The position numbers and the translations under genes are program-made. DNA of 64,000 nt from the NCBI GenBank assembly GCA_965206845.1, contig OZ242221.1:1440001-1504000 (forward strand), given 5' to 3'. Shown piece by piece: positions 21,101 through 29,693 of the stretch (position 1 is its first letter; the number at the start of each line of letters is the position of its first letter). This DNA is from Cenarchaeum sp. Lineage in GTDB: Archaea; Thermoproteota; Nitrososphaeria; Nitrososphaerales; Nitrosopumilaceae. Under the pieces are notes generated by a model, which saw only the letters and a list, made by a program, of their open reading frames with translations, was not told where the DNA came from and made no database searches.

Positions 21101-24100
21101 GTGCCCGCCAGGTCCTCAATGTCGTGGCCGCCTGCGATGTCCAGGTTGAATGTCCCGTCCGTATTTACGGCAACGGTTGCGTTGTACGTGTCGCCTGATA
21201 CCTCGGATACCGTGATGGAGCCCGCGCCGGAGCCTGACAGCTCAAAGTCTGTGGCATCCACGTCCTGCACCGCCTCGCTGAACGTGACCTCAAATACCAG
21301 GGTCGACTCCGAGGTGAGCTCTCCTGACGGGTCGCTCCTCTCGATTGACGCGACTGCCGGAGCCGTGCGGTCCACCGTGTACGACTGGTCCGCCCCGGTC
21401 GGGGCCACGCTGGAGAGTCCCGTGCCCGCCAGGTCCTCAATGTCGTGGCCGCCTGCGATGTCCAAGTTGAACGTCCCGTCCGTATTTACGGCAACGGTTG
21501 CGTTGTACGTGTCGCCTGATACCTCGGATACCGTGATGGAGCCCGCGCCGGAGCCTGACAGCTCAAAGTCTGTGGCATCCACGTCCTGCACCGCCTCGCT
21601 GAACGTGACCCCAAATACCAGGGTCGACTCCGAGGTGAGCTCTCCTGACGGGTCGCTCCTCTCGATTGACGCGACTGCCGGGGCCGTGCGGTCCACCGTG
21701 TACGACTGGTCCGCCCCGGTCGGGGCCACGCTGGAGAGTCCCGTGCCCGCCAGGTTCTCGATGTCGTGGCCGCTTGCGATGTTCAGGTTGAACGTTCCGT
21801 CGGCAGTCGCGGTAACGGTGACGTTGTACGCGCTGCCGGAGCCGGTCAGGCCCGTCACGCTGCCCGTCCCGGTGCCGTCGGTGGACAGCACAAAGTCTGC
21901 CTGGTCCACGCCGGTGACGTCCTCGCTGAAGGTCACCGCAAAGACAAGGGTGATTTTGATGGTGAACTCTGCTGTCGGGTCGCTCCTCTCGATTGACGCG
22001 ACTGCCGGGGCGGTCAGGTTCACTGTGTACGACTCGTCTGTCCCCTCGGCTGGCGTGGTGCCGGATAATGGGTTGCCCGCCGCATCTTCGACTCCGTGAC
22101 CTGATACCATGTCCAGGTTGAATGTCCCGTCCATATCCACGGCAACGGTGGCATTGTACGTGCTGTCAGATATCCTGGATACCGTGATGGAGCCCGTGCC
22201 AGTACTGGAGTCTGACAGCTCAAAGTCTGCCTGGTCCACGCCGGTGACGTCCTCGCTGAAGGTCACCTTGTAGATCAGCGTCTGGCTGTTGGTTGTTGCG
22301 CTTGATGGGTTGCTCCTCTCAATTGACGCAAGCGTCGGGGCAGTGTTGTCTGTTACAGCGGTGCTGACGGTGTATGTGTGGTCTGTTCCGGTGGGGGCGG
22401 TGTCAGTCAGTGGGTTGCTTGCAGTGTCGGCGATGCCGTGGCCTGACGACGCGAGATCAAGGTTGAACGTCCCGTCGGCAGTCGCGGTAACGGTGACGCT
22501 GTACGCGCTGCCGGAGCCGGTCAGGCCCGTCACGCTACCCGACCCGGTGCCGTCGGTGGACAGCACAAAGTCTGCCTGGTCCACGCCGGTGACACTCTCG
22601 CTAAACGTCACCGCAAAGACAAGGGTGGTTCCGGTGGTGGACTCCTCTACCGGGTTGCTCCTCACGATCGACGTGACTGCCGGGGCGGTGCGGTCCACCG
22701 TGTACGACTGGTCCGCCCCGGTCGGGGCCACGCTGGAGAGTCCCGTGCCCGCCAGGTCCTCGATGTCGTGGCCGCCTGCGATGTCCAGGTTGAACGTCCC
22801 GTCCGTATTTACGGCAACGGTTGCGTTGTACGTGTCGCCTGATACCTCGGATACCGTGATGGAGCCCGTGCCAGTACTGGAGTCTGACAGCTCAAAGTCT
22901 GCCTGGTCCACGCCGGTGACGTCCTCGCTGAAGGTCACCTTGTAGATCAGCGTCTGGCTGTTGGTTGTTGCGCTTGATGGGTTGCTCCTCTCAATTGACG
23001 CAAGCGTCGGGGCAGTGTTGTCTGTTACAGCGGTGCTGACGGTGTATGTGTGGTCTGTTCCGGTGGGGGCGGTGTCAGTCAGTGGGTTGCTTGCAGTGTC
23101 GGCGATGCCGTGGCCTGACGACGCGAGATCAAGGTTGAACGTCCCGTCGGCAGTCGCGGTAACGGTGACGCTGTACGCGCTGCCGGAGCCGGTCAGGCCC
23201 GTCACGCTACCCGACCCGGTGCCGTCGGTGGACAGCACAAAGTCTGCCTGGTCCACGCCGGTGACACTCTCGCTAAACGTCACCGCAAAGACAAGGGTGG
23301 TTCCGGTGGTGGACTCCTCTACCGGGTTGCTCCTCACGATCGACGTGACTGCCGGGGCGGTGCGGTCCACCGTGTACGACTGGTCCGCCCCGGTCGGGGC
23401 CACGCTGGAGAGTCCCGTGCCCGCCAGGTCCTCGATGTCGTGGCCGCCTGCGATGTCCAGGTTGAACGTCCCGTCCGTATTTACGGCAACGGTTGCGTTG
23501 TACGTGTCGCCTGATACCTCGGATACCGTGATGGAGCCCGCGCCGGAGCCTGACAGCTCAAAGTCGCTGGCGTCCACGTTCTGCACCGCCTCGCTGAACG
23601 TGACCTCAAATACCAGGGTCGACTCCGAGGTGAGCCCGCCTGACGGGTCGCTCCTCGCAATTGACGCAAGCGTCGGGGCGGTGCTGTCTGTTACAGCGGT
23701 GCCGACGGTGTATGTTTGGTCGTCTTCGGTGGGGACAGTGTTAGTCAGGGGGACGTAGTTTACAATGTCGTTAATGTCGTGGCCTGATGACACGAGATCA
23801 AGGTTGTATGTCCCGTCTTGGGATGCGGAGACCGTCACATAGTACACGGTGCCGAAACCTCTGACGCGGGTAACAGGGCTGGTACCGTCGCTTGGCCCTC
23901 CCGTACTGTTAGGGGACAGGACAAAGTCTGTCCTATCCACTCCCCTTACATCCTCGCTGAAGGTCACCCGGTAGACCAGTGTCTGGCTGTCGGTGTTTGC
24001 GTCGCCGGGGTCGTATCGCCTAATTGATGTGACCATTGGGGGAGTATCGGGCGGAGGTAAGGTTTCTACGAGATGAACTTTAAGATACTCACGATCAAAG

Positions 24101-24843
24101 CGGCTTGCTTCATCTGTACATACATACGTCACTAAAACTATTCTGGGAAGATCTTCAGGCTCAATATCAGTTATAATAACGTCATCAGTAACAGCATCAT
24201 AAGACTCGGTACGAAGCAAGACATCGTCGTCATAGACTTTATCGGTACATGTGATATCGGGCTCGACGTAAGGTTGTTTTATTATTACATATTGCCTATA
24301 GGTACCATCGCCAGCCAGATACTCGTCAGGAATTTTTATTTCGGGTGCATGCAGATCAGTCCTAATGGTAGTTTCCGTTGCGCTGTTGGTATTGCCTGAT
24401 GTATCAGACACCACATCTGCAGGAATCCGTAGTGTGATGATACTGTCGGTGCCACTGTAATGATGATATTTGAAAGTACCATATTCATCAATTAGAACCC
24501 CCCGTGAATCAATGTCAATTAATGTCACATCTTCCACTTCAAACGTGCCGCGAATTATTGGCGAACTAAAACTTATTTCAAATGTTAGGCTAGTGGTGAT
24601 TCCAATAAGGCAAGTAGGGTCGGGAGGTCTCGAAGGGCAAGGGTCACTCACAAGAGCGATCGTCGGGACAATTGACTGTGAAGATTGAGCATGAGCAATG
24701 TTGGTGGCAGATGCAAATACAACGGAGAACGAAACAAAAAGTAAAACACACGAAATCGCACAAATAATCCGCTTTACATCATGTTCTCCCACATTCCTAC
24801 CTGCCGTGTTAGTTTCATGGCATAATTTAGAATAACGAGCCAA
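18148..24843 (-). CDS. Giant secreted Ig-like repeat protein (2231 aa) with two proprotein-convertase P-like domains
   Basis: Signal peptide; many ~103-125-aa repeats VTFSEDVTGVD..DF..GTYNLDL; two IEHTFIGxLLVELIAPDG..GNWxLQI..GILNSWTL domains. Confidence 0.88.
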   Translation of the reverse strand: MARYSKLCHETNTAGRNVGEHDVKRIICAISCVLLFVSFSVVFASATNIAHAQSSQSIVPTIALVSDPCPSRPPDPTCLIGITTSLTFEISFSSPIIRGTFEVEDVTLIDIDSRGVLIDEYGTFKYHHYSGTDSIITLRIPADVVSDTSGNTNSATETTIRTDLHAPEIKIPDEYLAGDGTYRQYVIIKQPYVEPDITCTDKVYDDDVLLRTESYDAVTDDVIITDIEPEDLPRIVLVTYVCTDEASRFDREYLKVHLVETLPPPDTPPMVTSIRRYDPGDANTDSQTLVYRVTFSEDVRGVDRTDFVLSPNSTGGPSDGTSPVTRVRGFGTVYYVTVSASQDGTYNLDLVSSGHDINDIVNYVPLTNTVPTEDDQTYTVGTAVTDSTAPTLASIARSDPSGGLTSESTLVFEVTFSEAVQNVDASDFELSGSGAGSITVSEVSGDTYNATVAVNTDGTFNLDIAGGHDIEDLAGTGLSSVAPTGADQSYTVDRTAPAVTSIVRSNPVEESTTGTTLVFAVTFSESVTGVDQADFVLSTDGTGSGSVTGLTGSGSAYSVTVTATADGTFNLDLASSGHGIADTASNPLTDTAPTGTDHTYTVSTAVTDNTAPTLASIERSNPSSATTNSQTLIYKVTFSEDVTGVDQADFELSDSSTGTGSITVSEVSGDTYNATVAVNTDGTFNLDIAGGHDIEDLAGTGLSSVAPTGADQSYTVDRTAPAVTSIVRSNPVEESTTGTTLVFAVTFSESVTGVDQADFVLSTDGTGSGSVTGLTGSGSAYSVTVTATADGTFNLDLASSGHGIADTASNPLTDTAPTGTDHTYTVSTAVTDNTAPTLASIERSNPSSATTNSQTLIYKVTFSEDVTGVDQADFELSDSSTGTGSITVSRISDSTYNATVAVDMDGTFNLDMVSGHGVEDAAGNPLSGTTPAEGTDESYTVNLTAPAVASIERSDPTAEFTIKITLVFAVTFSEDVTGVDQADFVLSTDGTGTGSVTGLTGSGSAYNVTVTATADGTFNLNIASGHDIENLAGTGLSSVAPTGADQSYTVDRTAPAVASIERSDPSGELTSESTLVFGVTFSEAVQDVDATDFELSGSGAGSITVSEVSGDTYNATVAVNTDGTFNLDIAGGHDIEDLAGTGLSSVAPTGADQSYTVDRTAPAVASIERSDPSGELTSESTLVFEVTFSEAVQDVDATDFELSGSGAGSITVSEVSGDTYNATVAVNTDGTFNLDIAGGHDIEDLAGTGLSSVAPTGADQSYTVDRTAPAVASIEGHSPTAENTDSQTLVYKVAFSEDVTGVDTADFVLSPGSTEESTSTNTYVTSGQVTQTRSPALAIHDLQTVSDTITISDSGTATSVSVTIDIEHTFIGELLVELIAPDGTARTLHDRIGGSADDIVATYTPSFGNISVAGNWILQINDNDNDDPGILNSWTLTVDYNTTTTVSPVDIIGSGSVYYVIVPASQNGTYNLDLVSSGHGIADTASNPLTNTIPTTGTDHTYTVSTAVIDITAPALASIEGHSPTAENTDSQTLVYKVTFSEDVTGVDTADFVLSPGSTGESTSTNTNTYVTSGQFMQTRSPALAIPDLQTVSDIITVSDSGTATSVSVTIDIEHTFIGDLLVELIAPDGTARTLHDRIGGSADDIVATYTPSFGNIPIAGNWTLQIDDDFNDDPGILNSWTLTVNYNTTTTTTTISPVTGITGSGSVYYAIVSASQNGTYNLVLVSSGHGIADTASNPLTSAAPITGTDHTYTVSTAVIDITAPTLASIERSNPSSATTDSQTLVYKVTFSEDVTGVDTADFVLSPGSTGGAGSGTSPVAGITGSGSVYNVTVSASQDGTYNLDLVSSGHGIADTASNPLTNTVSTTGTDHTYTVSIAPTLASIERSNPSSATTDIQTLVYKVTFSEDVTGVDTADFVLSPGSTEGASSGTSPVAGITGSGSVYDVTARASQDGTYNLVLVSSGHGIADTASNPLTNTVPTTGTDHTYTVSIVPTLASIERHRPTAENTDELLLVYKVTFSEKVRGVDKTDFVLSPGSTGGPSDGTNPVVAIAGSGSVYRVKVIALQDGTYNLDLVSSGHGIADTASNPLTNTVPTTGTDHTYTIGTPVIDSTAPALASIERYHHTDKSTDKWVLFYAVTFSEDVMGVDIADFVLSPSSTGRAGDGTSTVVLVGGSGRVYDLLVRVSQNGTYNLDLVSSGHGIADTASNPLTNTVPTTGTDHTYTVERVD
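21010..23680 (-). repeat. Near-identical internal tandem duplications (309-bp and 672-bp units) in the Ig-like gene
   Basis: A 672-bp block repeats (e.g. 22289 vs 22961); a 309-bp block repeats around 21020-21640. Confidence 0.85.
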
Positions 24844-25076
24844 ATCTAAAAATATTGGTCAAATGATCAAATATTCTTCCCTAATATACATCAGGAATCA
24901 GCGTTCTGGCAAAGGCCCTTGTGGACTACAACGAGGACAGGATCCGCTCTGCGCCAGGCTACCATGCTCCCAACGAGTCTGTCTGCAGGTTGGAGAGTGG
25001 GAATAAATGAAGAACGTGCCCATTCGGAAAAAGATGCAGAAAGCGGTATCAAGAGCAGGGATCCGGATCATTGCTG

Positions 25077-25214
25077 AGACATGATCCGCAATTAAGAATC
25101 GGGTCTTCGATGCCCATAATCTTACAGATGTGCGCTCCAAAGCATGCAACTTTCGTATGATTATGCCAAAGATCGTGCTCTAATGTGCCTGCGTGCTAAT
25201 TACGAATCACATCT
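25077..25214. mobile_element. 138-bp MITE, copy 1
   Basis: Imperfect TIR AGACATGATCCGCAATTA / AGATGTGATTCGTAATTA, flanked by CTG on both sides; near-identical to copies at 26150 and 41637. Confidence 0.9.
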
Positions 25215-25285
25215 CTGGATTCATTACCACCAACATGTTTTTCGTCCACTTCGACGGGACCTTTCATGGAATCAAACCCCCGCTA

Positions 25286-26773
25286 CAGTAATCCCAGATG
25301 TGCTCACGGAGCCACGGGATCTGGCGGTGGCTCGGGCTGAATCGTAATATTCCGATAGATTGCTATTAGCGTGGCAATTTTCATATACAGTTGCGTCACC
25401 GGAAGGACTCCGCCACGCAGCTTCAGAAAGCTTGCCAGCTGCGCGTTTACCAGCGCCCATGCGTTAAACAGCGTCAGCGAGTACAGAAAGCAGAAAAGCC
25501 TGGCAGGCCTATTGCTGCCGAACGACTTTGCCCTGGCGTTCTCTACCAGTCTGTAGCATGTCTCGATGGTCCACCTTTTGGAATATTCTTTCACGTCCAT
25601 CCACGGGGCATTGGTGGCAAACGCAATGTATCGATCTTCCGGCGCATCTGCCTTCTTCGCCTTCTTGTCCCCGTTCTTCGTCCTCTCACTTTCTTTCCTT
25701 ACTCTCTTCTTCTTTGTTATGATCATGTGGTACTGAACCGTTACCTTGTCAGAATTCGTCATGTCGGATTTTGAGATGGGGCCGAGCGTCTTGACCACGA
25801 ACTTGCGCAGCGAGTCTTTCACCCTACTGGTTCTGGTGCACGGCATCAGGTACTCAAGGCTAAGGCGCTCAATCTCGGATATCGAGTTCACTGAAAAGAA
25901 ACCCCTGTCAATCAGGATCAGTCCCAGCCTGGATCCGACGGCGGAGACGTTTTCTAGGCACAAATTGATGATTCTACGCAGGGATTCGTGCACGGATGAG
26001 GACTTGTCCATGTATAGGGCCGCAAGGATAAGCCGCGATTTGGAGTTGACGCACTGCGCCGTAATGTACGCCTCGAATCTGTTGGTGCCGCTCTTGCGCT
26101 CACCGCCCCTCAGGTCAGAGCCAAGTTTCTTGCTGTGGCATGGTATCAGAGATGTGATTCGTAATTAGCACGCAAGCACATTAGAGCATGATCTTTGGCA
26201 CAATCATACGAAAGTTGCATGCTTTGGAGCACACATCTGTAAGATTATGGGCATCGAAGGCTCGATTCTTAATTGCGGATCATGTCTCAGGTGCATGTCG
26301 ATGGCCACATCAAGCACATCAGGCAACCTGCCAAGCAGGCAAATCTCATCCAGCTGTGCCCTCACCACCTAGTTAAAAGTCTCAAGCGCCTTGCACTCGT
26401 CCGTCTTGGACAGGATGTTGCGAAACCACTCGTCGCTTGGAGAATGGCGCGAATATCTTGGATTCTCGATGGACTGCGCCGTGATTTCTCTCATGACGAG
26501 GCCGCATCCGCCGACCGAAGTGTCAAGCATCGCGGCATGCAGCATACCGACGTTAAAGTCGCTTGCTCCATATGTCGCGTTGTACCTTTTGGAGACTTCG
26601 GCGGACGGCACGATGCTTTCTCCCAACATCTTCTCAACAGATTCATATATTTTGCCATTGTTCATCATATCGCGTCTCAGGCGATCTTTTTGGTGAAGCA
26701 TGAGGATCGTCTGGGCGCGCCCCCATTGATCTGTTTGCATCAGGTGCCAGATCTGGCACATCTGGGATTACTG
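25286..26773 (-). mobile_element. ISH3-family element with inactivated transposase
   Basis: 18-bp TIR CAGTAATCCCAGATGTGC (25286-25303 / 26756-26773), 5-bp TSD CGCTA; AIDMHLIP, LIDRGFFS, YSKRWTIET motifs; in-frame TAG at 26369-71 and a MITE insertion. Confidence 0.88.
26150..26287. mobile_element. 138-bp MITE, copy 2 (inside the ISH3 transposase)
   Basis: Flanked by CAG/CAG; removing it plus one CAG restores ATG CAC CTG ATA CCA (MHLIP) on the minus strand. Confidence 0.9.
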
Positions 26774-27308
26774 CGCTAGGGTCTTCCAAGACTCCCGCAG
26801 GCGATGAACCATGAACCGTGCCGACTTTTGCGTTATGACCAGATCACGGTGCATCTTCATGGAGGACACTCCCCTGAGATTCGTGGCAAACTGATAGGCA
26901 GCTATCGCCAATTTTTGATACGGTATCTTGGAAGACTCCACCACCGTTCCCACCTTGACGGAGAAATACTTGTGGCATTCGGCGCACCTGTACCTCATGG
27001 TCGGGCGTGGCTCTTTCTCGGACTCGGCAGATCCACAGTGGGAGCACTTGCGCCCATCCTTCCAGATGCGATTTTCGAACCACCTTTAGGCTGATTCGTC
27101 ATCTGGAAACATCTGGAAGAGTTCGACTAGACTGACCCCTTTGCGGAATGATTTGCTGGTGCCTGCTGTGGCATACACCATATGCGTGACTAGTGCACAT
27201 AAATGCTACTTGTGTATATAATTCCCGAAAAAGGCTAGAGTCTACTCAAGTATGTAATTTCTCGACATTGCCGTAAAAAGTTAAATTACAACGGAAGACA
27301 CGCGCGGT

Positions 27309-27602
27309 ATGAAGATAGTCACGGTGGGCAGCAGGTCGTTTGTGACCAGCTTTCAACTGGCGGGTATATCTGGCGTGATATCTGACACTCCAGAGCAGGC
27401 CTTGGACAGGATCAAGGAGATCACAGACGAGTCTGATGTGGGCCTAGTGCTGATAAGCGACGACATATCCGAGCCGATCAGCGACCAGCTGACGAAGCTC
27501 CGGGCCGAAAAGTCCACCCTGGTGTTTGCGCTGCCGGCAGCCGGTAGCAAAAAGGTCGATGTCGACTACAGGGTCATGCTCAAGAAGATACTCGGCGTCT
27601 AG
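27309..27602 (+). CDS. atpF: A/V-type ATP synthase subunit F
   Basis: KIVTVG..FQLAGI..DVGLVLI; 97 aa. Confidence 0.88.
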   Translation: MKIVTVGSRSFVTSFQLAGISGVISDTPEQALDRIKEITDESDVGLVLISDDISEPISDQLTKLRAEKSTLVFALPAAGSKKVDVDYRVMLKKILGV

Positions 27603-27722
27603 ATCGCTGGGATAGCGCAGTACATCCTGCTATGCCATCTGGCGGGATTGCGACACGCACGATGTGTTTTTGGTGAATCGGCAGAACAGTATTTAACTAG
27701 AATGGGCAAATATCAAGAAGTA

Positions 27723-28841
27723 ATGAAAAAGCCCTTTTCAAAGGACGGCCCGCCAGAGGACAGGGAGAAGCCGGGTGTAGTCAAAGACGATACGGCCCTG
27801 ACAGACCCGGATTATCAACTGAAGAAGCTCTTTAAAAAAGGGGTGAACCTGATGGCCGATGAGAAGCTGGAGGAGGCCACCGTCGTCTTTGAGCAGGCGC
27901 TCAGGCTTGATCCAAACAGCATCGAGATCCTGCTGAAGCTGGGCTATGCCAGGTTTCATCTGGATGATCATGTAGAGTCGCTGCGCGTCTATGACAGGGT
28001 TCTGGACATCGACGTGACCAACCCCGAGGCATGGAACCTCAAGGGACTGGTGCACTACGAGCAGAAGAACTATGCCAAGGCGCTGGACTGCGTGGAGAAG
28101 GCAATCGAGACGGATCCCACCTATGACATGGCGTGGTACAACCGGGCATGCTTTCTCTCACTCCTCAACAAGATTCCAGAGTCCATCGAGGCGCTAAAGC
28201 GCTCGATAGAGATCGACGTGAAGAATGCCCGCAAGGCCGTAAAGGACAAGGACTTTGTAAACGTCAGGGTGGAGGAGGGGTTCCGTAGAATCATCGAGGT
28301 CGTGGTGCTCGAGTCCATCCGCCAAGGGTACCATACGATCGGAGCCATAGTGTGGACCACGTTTCTAAGCAAGGCCGACACCGTGGACTCGCTCAGAAAG
28401 CTGCAGGAGAAGGGCCTCATAACAATGAATGAACGGCGCGAAGGACTTCACAGGATACCTGTGTATGACCTGTCGCCGGACATCGCAAGAAAGACCGGTA
28501 CGGAGAGGAAGAGCCTGTTCGGGCTGAGAAGAAAGAAGCTGCCCGGAACGGTAAGGGGACTCAAGGAGCTGAGCCTTGCAATACAGGGAGCCAGGGCCAA
28601 CATCGAGGAGGAGAGCTTGGGGAAGACCCTGGAGAGCTTTGAGGCATTTATAGACGCAAAGCGCTGCGGGCCGCAGATGATCGAGCAGTTCTTTGATATG
28701 CACCGCGAGATCAGGCTGTGGAAGGTAAGGCTGACCGACCGGGGGCTTGAGTACCTACAGAGCAACAAAAAGAAGATGCTGGAGCTCCTTGACAACCTCG
28801 AAGGCACCGTGACCAGGCAGCTGAGAAACGAGGTCGTGTAG
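27723..28841 (+). CDS. TPR-repeat protein with C-terminal winged-helix-like region
   Basis: About four TPR units (EAWNLKG, MAWYNRAC); start chosen from upstream TATTTAA. Confidence 0.8.
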   Translation: MKKPFSKDGPPEDREKPGVVKDDTALTDPDYQLKKLFKKGVNLMADEKLEEATVVFEQALRLDPNSIEILLKLGYARFHLDDHVESLRVYDRVLDIDVTNPEAWNLKGLVHYEQKNYAKALDCVEKAIETDPTYDMAWYNRACFLSLLNKIPESIEALKRSIEIDVKNARKAVKDKDFVNVRVEEGFRRIIEVVVLESIRQGYHTIGAIVWTTFLSKADTVDSLRKLQEKGLITMNERREGLHRIPVYDLSPDIARKTGTERKSLFGLRRKKLPGTVRGLKELSLAIQGARANIEEESLGKTLESFEAFIDAKRCGPQMIEQFFDMHREIRLWKVRLTDRGLEYLQSNKKKMLELLDNLEGTVTRQLRNEVV

Positions 28842-28889
28842 CGGGCATCTGCGCCTGCGGCCGTACATTACAGGAGTGTGATCCCGTGG

Positions 28890-29693
28890 CTACTCTGCCG
28901 ACAGATCCCAGTAGTCTGCGTGCTCTTGCTTCTCGGTGGGCTTTTCCAGCTTCTTCCACTCCTTGAATGAGCGCACGTACAGCTTTACGTTGTGTACCTG
29001 TGCGGACTTTAGGGCATAGTACGCAAGGCCAGAGAGGGTGCCCACGCTTCCGCAGTACGTTATGATCTCGCCGCCCTTGCGGATGCCGCGGTTCTCAAGC
29101 AGCCTCCCCATCTCCGACGGGGATCTGAGAATCTTGTTGTCAGACGCCAGAGTCCGGTACGGGATGTTTACGGCGCCTGGTATGTGCTGCTCAAGGTAGT
29201 TCAGGCGCTCCCTGTTGTCAAGCAGCGTGACGCCGTCACGGCCCTTTGCCTGCTCCAGGTAGTCTGACGTTGCCAGTATGCTGGGGTTCAGATTTATCGA
29301 GTGCGTTCCTGGCCGGATCTCCGGGGTGCCGCTCTCGCTCCCAAGTCCTAGGGCCTTCCACCCGCCGTACGTCGTATCCAGCAGGGAGACGCTGCCGTGC
29401 CCCAGATACTCCAGGGTCCACGCCATCCGGGACGCCAAGGCGCCAAAGGTGTCATCGTATACCGCCACTGCAGTCTCGTCGCCAATTCCAATGTGCCCCA
29501 CAAGCTCCGCCACGCGCCCGGGGGAGTCGTCCTTGAGCAGGCTGGCAAGCGGGAGGTTTACGGCGCCCGGGATGTGATCCCGCAGGTACTCGTCCCTCTT
29601 TCTTACGTCCACCACCCGGACGCTCCTGTCACGGATCTCAGAGTCTAGCGAGTCTGCGTCTACCGTGATGCGCCCGGCGGTCAAGCAGCACAC
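28890..29693 (-). CDS. Tandem-domain rhodanese / thiosulfate sulfurtransferase
   Basis: Two HIPGAVN motifs, ITYCGS active-site loop. Confidence 0.9.
   Translation of the reverse strand: MCCLTAGRITVDADSLDSEIRDRSVRVVDVRKRDEYLRDHIPGAVNLPLASLLKDDSPGRVAELVGHIGIGDETAVAVYDDTFGALASRMAWTLEYLGHGSVSLLDTTYGGWKALGLGSESGTPEIRPGTHSINLNPSILATSDYLEQAKGRDGVTLLDNRERLNYLEQHIPGAVNIPYRTLASDNKILRSPSEMGRLLENRGIRKGGEIITYCGSVGTLSGLAYYALKSAQVHNVKLYVRSFKEWKKLEKPTEKQEHADYWDLSAE

Larger units (their letters stand above)
25215..27226 (-). pseudogene. IS1595-family transposase remnant interrupted by an ISH3 element
   Basis: Zn-ribbon (C..CGS..YRCAECHKYFSVKVGT), HRLRESWKTLA, continuing across the ISH3 as PVEVDEKHVGG; frameshifts; possible terminus GGGAATTATATAC at 27226. 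Confidence 0.8.

Noticed and set aside
21005-23758. Long plus-strand ORFs opposite the Ig-like gene
   Set aside because: Antisense shadows of repetitive GC-rich coding sequence.
27309-27602. atpF separated from the ATP synthase operon
   Set aside because: Split A-type ATPase gene clusters are common in archaea and not remarkable alone.
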